From the NCBI GenBank assembly GCA_041742235.1, contig JBGSJA010000019.1:902-64901 (forward strand): a DNA stretch of 64,000 bases, given 5' to 3'. Shown piece after piece: positions 25,922 through 35,257 of the stretch (position 1 is its first letter; each line of letters begins with the position of its first letter). The notes under the pieces were generated by a model. It was given only the letters and a program-made list of their open reading frames with translations, made no database searches and was not told the origin of the DNA. The DNA comes from Salaquimonas sp. (GTDB lineage Bacteria > Pseudomonadota > Alphaproteobacteria > Rhizobiales > Rhizobiaceae). The position numbers and the translations under genes were made by a program.

Positions 25922-27448
25922 CTATGGAACCATGATCAGTGCGCCGGTCGTGCGGCCGGATTCAAGCTCATGTTGCGCATCGGCGGCCTGCGCAAGCTTG
26001 AACACCGTCGGCGCTTCGATCCGGAGGCGCCCCTCCGCGATTGCCGCGAACAAGCGGCCGGATTGAAGCTCGATCAACGCGCGGGTTCCGGTATAGTGGC
26101 CGTAGTTGGGACGCGACAGCGTCACCGAACGCGAAGCAAGTGCGCCAATGTCCCTGGCTCCGATTGGCCCGGAGGCTTGCCCGTAACTTGCGAGATGGCC
26201 CCGCAACGCCAACGCCGCGATCGAATGGTCGAAACTGTCGGCCCCGATGGCATCGTAGATCACCTCCGCTCCGCGGCTGCCCGTCAGATCCATCACCGCG
26301 TCCACGAATTCCGGTCCGCGGCCGATGATGACCTCGTGTGCGCCCAATTCACGCGCGCGAGACGCCTTTTCGTGGTTGGAGACGGTCGCAATGACATTGG
26401 CCCCCAACGAGGCTGCCCATTGTGTCAGAAGTGATCCCACGCCGCCGGCCGCGGCATGGATGACCGCCGTGTCTCCCGGCTTGACAGGGTAGACGTCGTG
26501 CAAGAGAAACGCTGCCGTGACTCCCTTGAGCAGGCCTGCCGCAGCCAGTTGGTCCGGCATGCCGGCGGGCAAGCCGATCACCAATTCGGCGGACATGGTT
26601 CGCAGGCCGGCATAGGCGCCGGGCGGCGCACATGCATAGGCAACGGCCTGCCCGACCCGCAGATGGGTCACGCCCGGACCAATATCCGTGACAACGCCGG
26701 CGGCTTCCATGCCAGGCACACCGGGCGGGCGCACGAGATCGAAATAGCCGGTGCGGCAATAGATATCGATGAAATTTACGCCGATCGCGGTCTGGCGGAT
26801 CTGAACCTCGCCGTCACGGGGCCGCGGCACTTCGATCTCGACCGGCTTCAGCACCTCTGGTCCGCCATGCCTTTCCATGACGATTGCCATGGTTCGCCCT
26901 TCCGCGAGCGACGTGGAGACAGCAGGTGCAGCGACCGGTGCCGGTTGCCAGGGAAGCGTTTTCCTTGCGTCCCGGTCCGCTTGATGGACTTCTCCCCGTG
27001 GCGCGGCGCCTCGATTGACCAGCCTGGCTTCAAGGGCGCGCATGCCGGCACGGTAGATCCCTTGGGCGACGAGGCGCGCCAGTTCGTCCTGCCGTTCGGG
27101 TGGCGTGTCAAAGCGCGATTCCCAGATCCAGAAGGTCTGGCCGCCATCGGTAACGGGTTTCAGCTGGATTTTCGCCACATATCCGAACAGCGGCATGGGC
27201 GCCTCAAGCAGGCAATAGGAAAGCACATGCTTGCGATCGTCGAGGACCAGCAATTGTTCGCGCAGGAAACCGCCTTCCTTCAATGAAAAGGCGCGTACCG
27301 CTCCGACTTCGTCGCCGGAAAGTCCTCCCTCGATCCGGCTGTGTGCGATTGCCGGATGCCATTCATGGTGGCTGTTGAACTCACGCAGGATGCGCCAAAC
27401 TACATCTAGTGGCGCGTCGATGACGGCGGTTTCGCGAATGCGCACCAT
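25922..27448 (-). CDS. fusion of an SRPBCC (START/polyketide-cyclase-like) domain and a quinone oxidoreductase (MDR/Qor)
   Basis: N-terminus: MVRIRETAVIDAPLDVVWRILREFNSHHEWHPAI ... FWIWESRFD. After a linker of about 40 residues comes MAIVMERHGGPEVLKPVEIEVPRPRDGEVQIRQTAIGVNFIDIY ... AAAGGVGSLLTQWA (NAD(P)-binding motif). It is one uninterrupted 508-aa ORF. Confidence 0.8.
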   Translation of the reverse strand: MVRIRETAVIDAPLDVVWRILREFNSHHEWHPAIAHSRIEGGLSGDEVGAVRAFSLKEGGFLREQLLVLDDRKHVLSYCLLEAPMPLFGYVAKIQLKPVTDGGQTFWIWESRFDTPPERQDELARLVAQGIYRAGMRALEARLVNRGAAPRGEVHQADRDARKTLPWQPAPVAAPAVSTSLAEGRTMAIVMERHGGPEVLKPVEIEVPRPRDGEVQIRQTAIGVNFIDIYCRTGYFDLVRPPGVPGMEAAGVVTDIGPGVTHLRVGQAVAYACAPPGAYAGLRTMSAELVIGLPAGMPDQLAAAGLLKGVTAAFLLHDVYPVKPGDTAVIHAAAGGVGSLLTQWAASLGANVIATVSNHEKASRARELGAHEVIIGRGPEFVDAVMDLTGSRGAEVIYDAIGADSFDHSIAALALRGHLASYGQASGPIGARDIGALASRSVTLSRPNYGHYTGTRALIELQSGRLFAAIAEGRLRIEAPTVFKLAQAADAQHELESGRTTGALIMVP

Positions 27449-27894
27449 CAGGCCGCGCGGCCTGCCATTTGCTGCTTCAGCATGGAAAATGCCGCCTGGA
27501 AAACGCCGGCCCCGATGTTTCGTACAAGTTCAGCCTCGCGTTCCGCCGCACAATCGAAATCGGCGGTCCACTCGGCAAACGTCTGGTTGCCGTCTGTGAT
27601 GGGTGTCAGCGCCAATGTCGCAACATAGTTCTCTACACCCATCGGACTTTCGAGAATGGCGTAGGTGCAACTCATCTCGTAGTCCGAAAGCGCCAGCAAT
27701 TGCTCGCGAATGCGTCCTCCGTCGCGCAAAGTGAAATTTCGGATGCAGCCGACCTTGTCGGCAGGCTGCATCTGTTCGATACGGCTGTCGGCCACGAACG
27801 GCGTCCAGCGCGGCAGGCCGTTGAAGTCGCGGACCAGGTCCCAAACCGCCGAGGCAGGAGCCGCAATGACCGCTGATACATAGACATGCGCCAT
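27448..27894 (-). CDS. SRPBCC family protein
   Basis: MAHVYVSAVIAAPASAVWDLVRDFNGLPRWTPFVADS ... FAEWTADFD. It is a paralogue of the N-terminal domain of the next gene. Its stop overlaps that gene's ATG (ATGA). Confidence 0.75.
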   Translation of the reverse strand: MAHVYVSAVIAAPASAVWDLVRDFNGLPRWTPFVADSRIEQMQPADKVGCIRNFTLRDGGRIREQLLALSDYEMSCTYAILESPMGVENYVATLALTPITDGNQTFAEWTADFDCAAEREAELVRNIGAGVFQAAFSMLKQQMAGRAA

Positions 27895-27904
27895 CCGCTT
27901 GCCC

Positions 27905-30097
27905 TCACCGGTCGCGATCATCGTCGATGTCGCCGGCCTTTCCGTTTTTCTTGCCTTCGCTGCGCTGGACGAGCGACGCCATGTCCTTGGCGTCCCGCAG
28001 CACGTCGGTCATGCGTCCGATAGAGCCGCCCTCTATGCCGATCTCTTTCATGAGGCTGTCGATCATCGGCGCCTGGACGCGGTAGCGCAGTGCCGAGTCA
28101 ATTACCTCGTCGGTGACGTTCTTGCGCTGGCCGTCTCCTCCCCCGTTCATGCCATCCACATGAAGGATCTTGATGCCCTCGATCTTCTCCATCGGCCGAA
28201 CGCTTTCACGCACGATGCCTTCAAGGCGTTCAAGCAGCTTGTCGCGAGTGCGCGCCACACGCGCGTCCTGCGACAGCGCATTCTCAGATTCGTTGAGCGC
28301 GCGCTGGCCCTCGGCATCGACCCTGTAGCGTTCGCTGGCGGCAAATGCGGCGACCTTTTCCGCCTCCGCTTGCGCCAGCGCTGCGATCTTCTTCGCCTCC
28401 GCCAGGCTCTTTGCCGCCTTCATTTCAGCGTCGGCCTTGGCAGTCAGGCGAAGGCCCGCCGTCTCCGCTTCGCGTTGCGCCGATATGATCTCCGTGAGCT
28501 TGCGCCGCTCCGCGATTTCCCGCTCCCGTGTGGTAAGGGCTTGCTCTTCCGCTTCGATCGCCTTGGCGCGAACCGCGGCTGCCGCCGACATTGCCGCCGA
28601 GCGCTCCTGTGACTTCTTGGCAAGCTCGATCGCCTTGTCCATCTCGGCGATCTCGAGTTGACGGTCGCGGTTGATTCCCGCCGCCCGGATTTCGCGCTCG
28701 TTCACGATGCGCGCCTCGGCAACCGCACGCTCGGTGGTAATGCGCGCCCGCTCCACTTCCTCCTGCATGGCCAGTTCGGCCTCCTCGAAGGCCTGCCTCT
28801 TGGCGATCTGCAATGCATCAAGCGTCTTTTCGCGTTCCAGCCGAACGGCGTCGAGCGCCCTTTCCTGGGCTATCCGCTCCGCCTCCGTCAGCTGTGCTTG
28901 TACGATGTCGTTGCGCTGCTTTTCGGCTTCCGCCCTTGCCAGTTCGGCAGTCTTCTCGGCGACTGCTATCTGATGCTCGAGCATATGTATCTCGATGGCC
29001 TTCTCGCGCCCGATCTCCAGCCGGCGGGCTTCGACCTCGCGCTGTATCCGCGCCTTCTCCAGTTCCAATTCGAGGGCAATCACCTCGCGCTCCGTCTTCT
29101 CGCGGGCCTTCAGTTCGACCTCGTCGATCGACCGGCGGCGCGCAACCTCGCGGCGCTGCGCATCTTCCTCGGTCTTGATCCGTTCCTCGGTAATGGCGCG
29201 CTGCTGGGCAAGGCGTGATTTCTCCACCGCCTCTTGCGCTGCAAGTTGCGCCTGCTCGGATTCCTGCTCGCGCTGGGCCCTCTCCGAAGCCAATTCCATG
29301 CGTTGCTCAGCACGGCGGATTTCCAGTTCACGCTCCTGCTGAAGCCTTGCATATTCCTGGTCGCGGTCGATCTGGTAGACCTGCTTCTGGGCGGCAAGGT
29401 TCTGGTTCCGGATCTCGACCAGGGTACGCTGCTCGATCTCGTTTCGCATCTTCCGGCGCGATTCGATCGACTCGGTGATCTGCGTCAGGCCTTCAGCGTC
29501 AAAGGCATTGGAGGGATCGAAATATTCAAGCCCGGTCTGGTCGAGATCGACGACCGCGACGGACTCCAGTTCCAGGCCGTTCTTCGCCAGCGATTCAGCC
29601 GCGAGCGAGCGAACTGCTTCGGCAAACTCTCCGCGTTGTTCATGCATCTCCTCGAGCGCCATGCGCGCTGCAATGGTGCGCATGGCAGCGGCGAACTTGC
29701 CCTCCAGCAGTTCACGCAGGCCATCTTGCTGCAAGGTGCGCCGGCCAAGCGTTTGTGCCGCAGAGGCCACCGCATCGCGCCCGGCGCCGACGCGAACGAA
29801 AAACTCGGCCTCGATGTCGACGCGCATGCGATTGCGCGTGATCAGCGCCTGTTCGTTCATGCGCTTCACGTCGATGCGGATGACATTCATGTTTACGGGC
29901 GTGATCTCGTGCAGGACGGGGATGACGAAGGCACCGCCATTCACCACGACCTTCTCTCCAAGGAACCCGGTACGAACGAACGCGATATCCTTGGTTGATC
30001 GCCGGTAGAGCCATCGCAGGATGTAGACCGCGGCGACGATCGCGATCACCAGCAATATCAGCCAGAGCAATGCTGCTCCCAGTAATTCGCCCGACAT
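27905..30097 (-). CDS. flotillin / SPFH (band 7) family protein with very long coiled coil (730 aa)
   Basis: Start MSGELLGAALLWLILLVIAIVAAVYIL (TM helix; GGGAGGAAGAT precedes the ATG, complement of 30095-30097). The SPFH core is AFVRTGFLGEKVVVNGGAFVIPVLHEI ... RMRVDIEAEFFVRV. It is followed by about 400 residues of E/A/R/Q-rich heptad-like sequence. Confidence 0.85.
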   Translation of the reverse strand: MSGELLGAALLWLILLVIAIVAAVYILRWLYRRSTKDIAFVRTGFLGEKVVVNGGAFVIPVLHEITPVNMNVIRIDVKRMNEQALITRNRMRVDIEAEFFVRVGAGRDAVASAAQTLGRRTLQQDGLRELLEGKFAAAMRTIAARMALEEMHEQRGEFAEAVRSLAAESLAKNGLELESVAVVDLDQTGLEYFDPSNAFDAEGLTQITESIESRRKMRNEIEQRTLVEIRNQNLAAQKQVYQIDRDQEYARLQQERELEIRRAEQRMELASERAQREQESEQAQLAAQEAVEKSRLAQQRAITEERIKTEEDAQRREVARRRSIDEVELKAREKTEREVIALELELEKARIQREVEARRLEIGREKAIEIHMLEHQIAVAEKTAELARAEAEKQRNDIVQAQLTEAERIAQERALDAVRLEREKTLDALQIAKRQAFEEAELAMQEEVERARITTERAVAEARIVNEREIRAAGINRDRQLEIAEMDKAIELAKKSQERSAAMSAAAAVRAKAIEAEEQALTTREREIAERRKLTEIISAQREAETAGLRLTAKADAEMKAAKSLAEAKKIAALAQAEAEKVAAFAASERYRVDAEGQRALNESENALSQDARVARTRDKLLERLEGIVRESVRPMEKIEGIKILHVDGMNGGGDGQRKNVTDEVIDSALRYRVQAPMIDSLMKEIGIEGGSIGRMTDVLRDAKDMASLVQRSEGKKNGKAGDIDDDRDR

Positions 30098-30138
30098 ATC
30101 TTCCTCCCTGTATTCCCTCGGCGACGGGGTGCGAGCCC

Positions 30139-30969
30139 CTAGAACGTCACCTGCTTGAATTTCCGCGTCTGTTCGACCAACGCCACTTCCGTTGGCAGCC
30201 TTTCCATCGAGGAAGCGCCATAGAAGCCGTGGCAATTGCTCGTCCGGTTGAGCACGTAGCTTGCATCCTCCGGCGACGAGACCGGGCCGCCATGCACCAG
30301 TACGAGCACATCCTTGTTGACCTTGAGCGCCGCTTCCGCCCAGCGATCGACCAGTGCGGGACAGTCTTCAAGCTTCAGCGCCGTTTCCGCGCCGATGGAG
30401 CCACCGGTCGTCAGGCCGAGATGACAAACGACGATATCGGCGCCGGCTTTCGTCATCGCCGCGCTTTCGTCCTCGTTGAAGACATAAGGGGTGGTCAGCA
30501 TGTCCATTGAATGGGCAAGCGCGATCAGGTCGATCTCCAGCCCGTAGGACATCCCCGTCTCCTCCAGATTTGTCCGGAAGGTGCCATCGATCAGGCCCAC
30601 CGTGGGGAAATTCTGGATACCGGAAAAACCGATCTCCTTCACCTGGCGCAAGAATGGTTCGAACATGCAGAACGGATCGGTTCCGTTCACCCCGGCAAGC
30701 ACCGGTGTCTTGCGAACGACAGGCAATATCTCGCGCGCCATTTCCATGACGATGTCGTTGGCATTGCCATAGGCGAGAAGGCCCGAGAGCGACCCGCGGC
30801 CCGCCATGCGGTACCGGCCGGAATTGTAGATGACGATCAGGTCTATGCCGCCTTGCTCTTCGCACTTGGCGGACAGGCCGGTTCCCGCTCCGCCGCCGAC
30901 GATCGGAACCCTGTCGCGCTTCATTTGCCGGAACCACTCGACGATTTGCTTGCGTTCGAACCTTGGCAT
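30139..30969 (-). CDS. phosphoenolpyruvate hydrolase-like TIM-barrel protein (partner of UPF0261; Tm-1 C-terminal domain homologue)
   Basis: [49 protein letters not shown] ... [15 protein letters not shown] ... [10 protein letters not shown] ... VLVHGGP. Its ATG shares one base with the upstream stop (TGATG). Confidence 0.7.
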   Translation of the reverse strand: MPRFERKQIVEWFRQMKRDRVPIVGGGAGTGLSAKCEEQGGIDLIVIYNSGRYRMAGRGSLSGLLAYGNANDIVMEMAREILPVVRKTPVLAGVNGTDPFCMFEPFLRQVKEIGFSGIQNFPTVGLIDGTFRTNLEETGMSYGLEIDLIALAHSMDMLTTPYVFNEDESAAMTKAGADIVVCHLGLTTGGSIGAETALKLEDCPALVDRWAEAALKVNKDVLVLVHGGPVSSPEDASYVLNRTSNCHGFYGASSMERLPTEVALVEQTRKFKQVTF

Positions 30970-33188
30970 CAGGCGCTCCTCCTTAAGGGCTTGCAGACGG
31001 AATTGAACGCGGCGACCAGTGCCGACGAGAACAGGTCGTCATTGATGTTGGCATTGATCCGAATGATGCGCCGCCGGGCGGTCTGGCGGACCGTGGCCTC
31101 AAGCGCGTCGAACAAGGCCTTGTCGGCGCCAGGATCGTGGAAAGGTCCGCCCGACCGGTCAAGAATGGATACGCCACCTTCCGGAATGAGGAAGATGGAC
31201 GGGCCATCCATGCTGTTCATTCGCCGTCCGATCCACTCGCCAAAGGCGCGGTTCTCATCAGCTGTCGTTCGCATCAGCGTGACGGACGGGTTGTGGATGA
31301 CGAATTTCCGTGAGGCGAAACGATCCGGCACGCTGTCGCGGGGGCCGAAATTGACCATGTCCAGCGCACCGGCCGAGCCGACCCACGGAATTCCGGTTTC
31401 GATTGCTGCGCCAAACCGGTTCTCGTCGGCGGGAAACACCCCCCCTACCAACATGTCGGCGATCTCTGTCGTGGTGATGTCGAGAAAGCCGGCGAGCAGT
31501 CCCGAGTGTCCAAGCGCTTCCATGGCCCTGCCGCCGGTGCCGGTCGCGTGAAACACGAGACAGTCGAAATCGCCTTCGAGTGCGCGTGAAACCGCCTGGA
31601 CGCACGGCGTGGTGACGCCGAACATCGTGAGGCCGACTGCCGGTTTCGATGCGGCGCGCCTGGACGCCATCTCGGCGCCGGTGGGAAGCTGCGCGATCAT
31701 GCCGGCGAGCGCATGCGCCGCGTTTGCCAGTACGCGCTCCGTGATCTGGTTGAGACCTTGCACGTCAGCCACCGAATGGAACATGTTGATATCGGTGGCG
31801 CCGACATAGGCGCGTGTGTCGCCCGCCGCGACCGTGGAAACCATGACCTTCGGAATTCCAACAGGCAGTTCGCGCATACCGGCGGTGGCGATGGATGTTC
31901 CGCCCGATCCACCGGCGGAGATCACGCCGCCAACATCCCGCTCTTGGGCCATGAACCTTGCGAAGGCCTGCGCCATCGCTGCAACCGCGCGACCCCTGTC
32001 ATCGCCAAACACAGCCATGGTTCCGCCCGGATGCATCGCGGCGACCTGCATCGGCGTGACGTCGCACCGCGACGGTTTGCCGGAGGTCGACAGGTCAACT
32101 GTCTTGACGCGCAAGCCGACCTTCTTCAGGCAGGCCGCGACATAGCCCAGTTCCTGACCTTTGGTGTCGAACGTGCCGGCAACGATTGCCGTGCGGCCGA
32201 TACGCTCGGCATAGGGAATTGCGAAAACCTTCGAGGAAGGCTCTTGCGGCTTTTGCGCCTCCGCCACGACATCGCGAAGGCTGCTCGCAGGCAAACCCCA
32301 CCGGTTGGGGAGTGAATTGAGCGTGCGGAAATTTTGCGTTGCGTTCCCTTCGTTCCGGTTCTCTTGCCCGCGCTCGACCCTGTACACTTGTGCAAAGAGT
32401 TCGCCGGGGCTCGTTTGCGGTCCCGGGTCGGGCGGCGCCAGGTCATCCGCGTGACGTCCGACACCCAAAAGGCGCTGCTGCAGGTCGCGATCGCCCGCCA
32501 GCACGGAAGCTTCCATGACCTGGTTGATGCGGCCATTGACCATGATCGCGACCGTGTCGGAAACCGCGGTGGCGACGCCGATGTTCTGTTCGATCACAAG
32601 GATCGCCATCTCGCCTTCCGCAGCAAGCGTCACCATCATCTTCTCGACCTGGTCCACGATCACGGGAGCAAGCCCTTCGGTCGGTTCGTCCATCACCAGC
32701 AGCCGCGGATTGGCAAGCAATGCGCGCGAAATCGACAGCATCTGCTGCTCGCCGCCGGAGAGCTGCGACCCGCCATTGTTGCGCCGGTCCGCCAGTCGCG
32801 GAAACGTTTCGTAGATGCGCTCGCGCGTCCATGACGCCTCCGCGGGGTTTGACTCGGCCAGGCGCAAGTGTTCGTCCACGGTGAGGCTCGGCCAAACGCG
32901 CCTGCCCTGCGGAACATAGGCGACGCCCGCATGATGGATGCGGTGCGGTTCCATCTTCGAGATTTCCTGGCCATGCACACGGATACTGCCGGAGCGGGCG
33001 GACTTGAGACCGGTAATCGTGTTGCACAATGTGGTCTTGCCCATGCCGTTGCGGCCCACGACGCTCATCACTCCGTGATCAAGCGTCAGCGAAACGCCCT
33101 GAACCACATGCGCCTCGCCATAGTAGACATGGAGGTTCTGGATCGCGAGGGCGGCCTTTGCAGCAGGTGCGGCGCGGATCTCAGCCAT
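30969..33188 (-). CDS. LivF-type ABC ATPase fused to a UPF0261 (Tm-1-like ATP-binding) domain (739 aa)
   Basis: Start MAEIRAAP (ATG is the complement of 33186-33188, GGAGG upstream, 8-nt overlap with the LivG-like gene). The ABC part is complete: [38 protein letters not shown] and LVIEQN. A linker of about 85 residues follows. Then comes [24 protein letters not shown] ... [33 protein letters not shown] ... [11 protein letters not shown] ... ITTTEI, the UPF0261 pattern. There is no stop or frame change between the domains. Confidence 0.8.
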   Translation of the reverse strand: MAEIRAAPAAKAALAIQNLHVYYGEAHVVQGVSLTLDHGVMSVVGRNGMGKTTLCNTITGLKSARSGSIRVHGQEISKMEPHRIHHAGVAYVPQGRRVWPSLTVDEHLRLAESNPAEASWTRERIYETFPRLADRRNNGGSQLSGGEQQMLSISRALLANPRLLVMDEPTEGLAPVIVDQVEKMMVTLAAEGEMAILVIEQNIGVATAVSDTVAIMVNGRINQVMEASVLAGDRDLQQRLLGVGRHADDLAPPDPGPQTSPGELFAQVYRVERGQENRNEGNATQNFRTLNSLPNRWGLPASSLRDVVAEAQKPQEPSSKVFAIPYAERIGRTAIVAGTFDTKGQELGYVAACLKKVGLRVKTVDLSTSGKPSRCDVTPMQVAAMHPGGTMAVFGDDRGRAVAAMAQAFARFMAQERDVGGVISAGGSGGTSIATAGMRELPVGIPKVMVSTVAAGDTRAYVGATDINMFHSVADVQGLNQITERVLANAAHALAGMIAQLPTGAEMASRRAASKPAVGLTMFGVTTPCVQAVSRALEGDFDCLVFHATGTGGRAMEALGHSGLLAGFLDITTTEIADMLVGGVFPADENRFGAAIETGIPWVGSAGALDMVNFGPRDSVPDRFASRKFVIHNPSVTLMRTTADENRAFGEWIGRRMNSMDGPSIFLIPEGGVSILDRSGGPFHDPGADKALFDALEATVRQTARRRIIRINANINDDLFSSALVAAFNSVCKPLRRSA

Positions 33189-33966
33189 GCCTGCCTCCAA
33201 GGTATATTTCCTGCACCTGCGGATCTCTTTCGATCTCCTCCGGCGTGCCTTCCTTGAACACCTTGCCATTGTGCATCATCGACACGAGTTCGCTGACCCG
33301 CAGGGCAACGTCGAGGTCATGCTCGATGATGATGTAGCCGATATGCGCCGGAAGCGCGTTGAGGATCGCAACAAGATCGCGGCGCTCCGTCGGGGACAGG
33401 CCCGCGGCGGGTTCATCGAACAGGATGAACCTTGGCGCCCCAGCGAGGGCCAATGCGATTTCCAGCTGGCGCTGCTGCCCGTGGGAGAGCGTCCCGACCG
33501 GCATTTCCGCCTCACGATCCAGATGCACCACATGGATGATCGACTCGGCCTGCGCCATGGCGCCATCGCCGGCGCCCGGACGCAGAAGCGAAAAGCGCCG
33601 GTTCGACACGCCCCGGCACGCCAAATAGACCGATTGCCGAATGGTCAGGCTCGTGAACAACTGCGAGATCTGATAGGTCCGTCGCAGGCCGCGGCGGATG
33701 CGCTCGTGTGGCGGCAACGACGTTATGTCCTCGCCGAAGAACCGGATCCTGCCCGAACTCGGCTGGAAGTCCCCCGTGATCGCATTGAACAGCGTCGTCT
33801 TGCCGGCTCCATTGGAGCCGAGGACGGCGCGTCTTTCGCCCGCGCCGATCCTCATGTTGATGTCGGCAAGCGCAACCAATGCCCCGAAGTTCCGGCCCAC
33901 GCCTTCAAGCTCCAGCGCGTTTGCGCCAGCTCCCCGAAGTCTTGATGCTGCAACCGATACGGACAT
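33181..33966 (-). CDS. ABC transporter ATP-binding protein (LivG-like)
   Basis: LELEGVGRNFGALVALADINM, GSNGAGKTT, LSHGQQRQLEIALAL, FILFDEPAAGLSP and EIYLGG. Confidence 0.85.
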   Translation of the reverse strand: MSVSVAASRLRGAGANALELEGVGRNFGALVALADINMRIGAGERRAVLGSNGAGKTTLFNAITGDFQPSSGRIRFFGEDITSLPPHERIRRGLRRTYQISQLFTSLTIRQSVYLACRGVSNRRFSLLRPGAGDGAMAQAESIIHVVHLDREAEMPVGTLSHGQQRQLEIALALAGAPRFILFDEPAAGLSPTERRDLVAILNALPAHIGYIIIEHDLDVALRVSELVSMMHNGKVFKEGTPEEIERDPQVQEIYLGGRHG

Positions 33967-33987
33967 TGGAAGCGCTCTCTGCCTGCC

Positions 33988-35232
33988 TTACTCGCAGCTC
34001 GGGTTTTCGCGGCTTACCGCGCCAAGTGCCCGGAACTCGGCTTCGTCGATGCCGAGCGTCTGGTTCACCTGCGGCGTTACCTTGATGAGCTTGTTCAGCA
34101 GGACGCCGCCCTCGCCTTCAGTGACTTCCGTCAGGAAGATGTCGGCGATCGCGTTGCGGTTGCTGTCGAGCGACACCTTGCCGGTCGGTGAGTCGAACGA
34201 CACCTTTGCAAGTGTCTCGCGGTATTTCGCAGGGTCGGAAAGATCGCCGCCAACGGTCTCGAGCGCCAGCAGCGCAGCCTTCATGTTGACGTAGTAGGCA
34301 TGGGCAAACAGGGAGGGCGAGGGGAAGGCGCCCTTCTGCTTGCTGTAGGCTTCCGTGAACGCCTTCCACTCGGCCGCATCGTTTGTATCGGCGGTCGGCC
34401 CGGCTGAAGGGGTTCCGATCAAGACGTCGCGGAGCTTGCCCTTCGAGGTCAGAACCGTCTGGTCAACGGTAATCGACCCGCCAACCAGCGGCGCCTGCCC
34501 GCCGGCCTGCTGATACTGCGTGAGAAAGTTGACGGCGTCGGCGCCGCCAAGCGCCACGTAGATGGCATCGACATCATCGGGTATGGCTGCGATGACCGAA
34601 GAGAAGTCCTTGTTGCCGATCGGCACCCACGATTTCGAAGGCACCTTGCCGCCGGCCTTGCAGAACTCCGCCATGAACCCGAACACTTGGGTGTAGGGAA
34701 AGGAATAGTCTTCGGCCACGACCGCAACCGTCTTGTAGCCCTTGTCGTTGAATGCGTAAGTGCCAAGGCCCGCCATCCATTGCGCGCCATCGGTGGAGAA
34801 GCGGAAGAAGTTTTCTGCCGGATCGCGGAAGGTCGTATCCTGCGCCGCGGAAGAACCGTTGACAAAGGTCACGTCCGGTTGGGTCTTTGCATATTCCTTC
34901 ACCGCGATGCCTTCATCGCCGGACAGCGGACCGACAAGAATCTTCACGCCGTCCTGCTCGACCAGCTTGCGCGCAGCGCGCACCGCGCTGTCGGGCGACG
35001 CGTCGGAAGAGCCCTTGACGATCTCGATTTTCTTGCCGCCCGCCATGGATTTGAATTCTTCCAAGGCAGTCATCGCGCCGCGTTCGGCATCCTCTCCAAG
35101 GACCGTGAAGGCGCCTTCAAACGTGGCCAGCAGGCCGACCTTGACCGTGTCTTCCTGCGCAAGGCCAAGGCCTGGCGCCGCCATGCCTGCCACGACGCCC
35201 AGCGCAATGAACGTTCTTCTGGTAATGCTCAT
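33988..35232 (-). CDS. ABC transporter substrate-binding protein (LivJ/K-like, Peripla_BP_6)
   Basis: Start MSITRRTFIALGVVAGMAAPGLGLAQ (GGGAGGATGAA precedes the ATG, complement of 35230-35232). It continues with VKVGLLATFEGAFTVLGEDAERGAMTALEE. Confidence 0.85.
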   Translation of the reverse strand: MSITRRTFIALGVVAGMAAPGLGLAQEDTVKVGLLATFEGAFTVLGEDAERGAMTALEEFKSMAGGKKIEIVKGSSDASPDSAVRAARKLVEQDGVKILVGPLSGDEGIAVKEYAKTQPDVTFVNGSSAAQDTTFRDPAENFFRFSTDGAQWMAGLGTYAFNDKGYKTVAVVAEDYSFPYTQVFGFMAEFCKAGGKVPSKSWVPIGNKDFSSVIAAIPDDVDAIYVALGGADAVNFLTQYQQAGGQAPLVGGSITVDQTVLTSKGKLRDVLIGTPSAGPTADTNDAAEWKAFTEAYSKQKGAFPSPSLFAHAYYVNMKAALLALETVGGDLSDPAKYRETLAKVSFDSPTGKVSLDSNRNAIADIFLTEVTEGEGGVLLNKLIKVTPQVNQTLGIDEAEFRALGAVSRENPSCE

Positions 35233-35257
35233 TTCATCCTCCCGTTGAACCATCACT

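Noticed and set aside
28300-29700. Apparent repetitiveness in the flotillin gene, considered as tandem DNA repeats or a CRISPR-like array.
   Set aside because: The periodicity is at the protein level (E/A/R/Q coiled coil). I could not find exact nucleotide repeat units or spacer-repeat structure.
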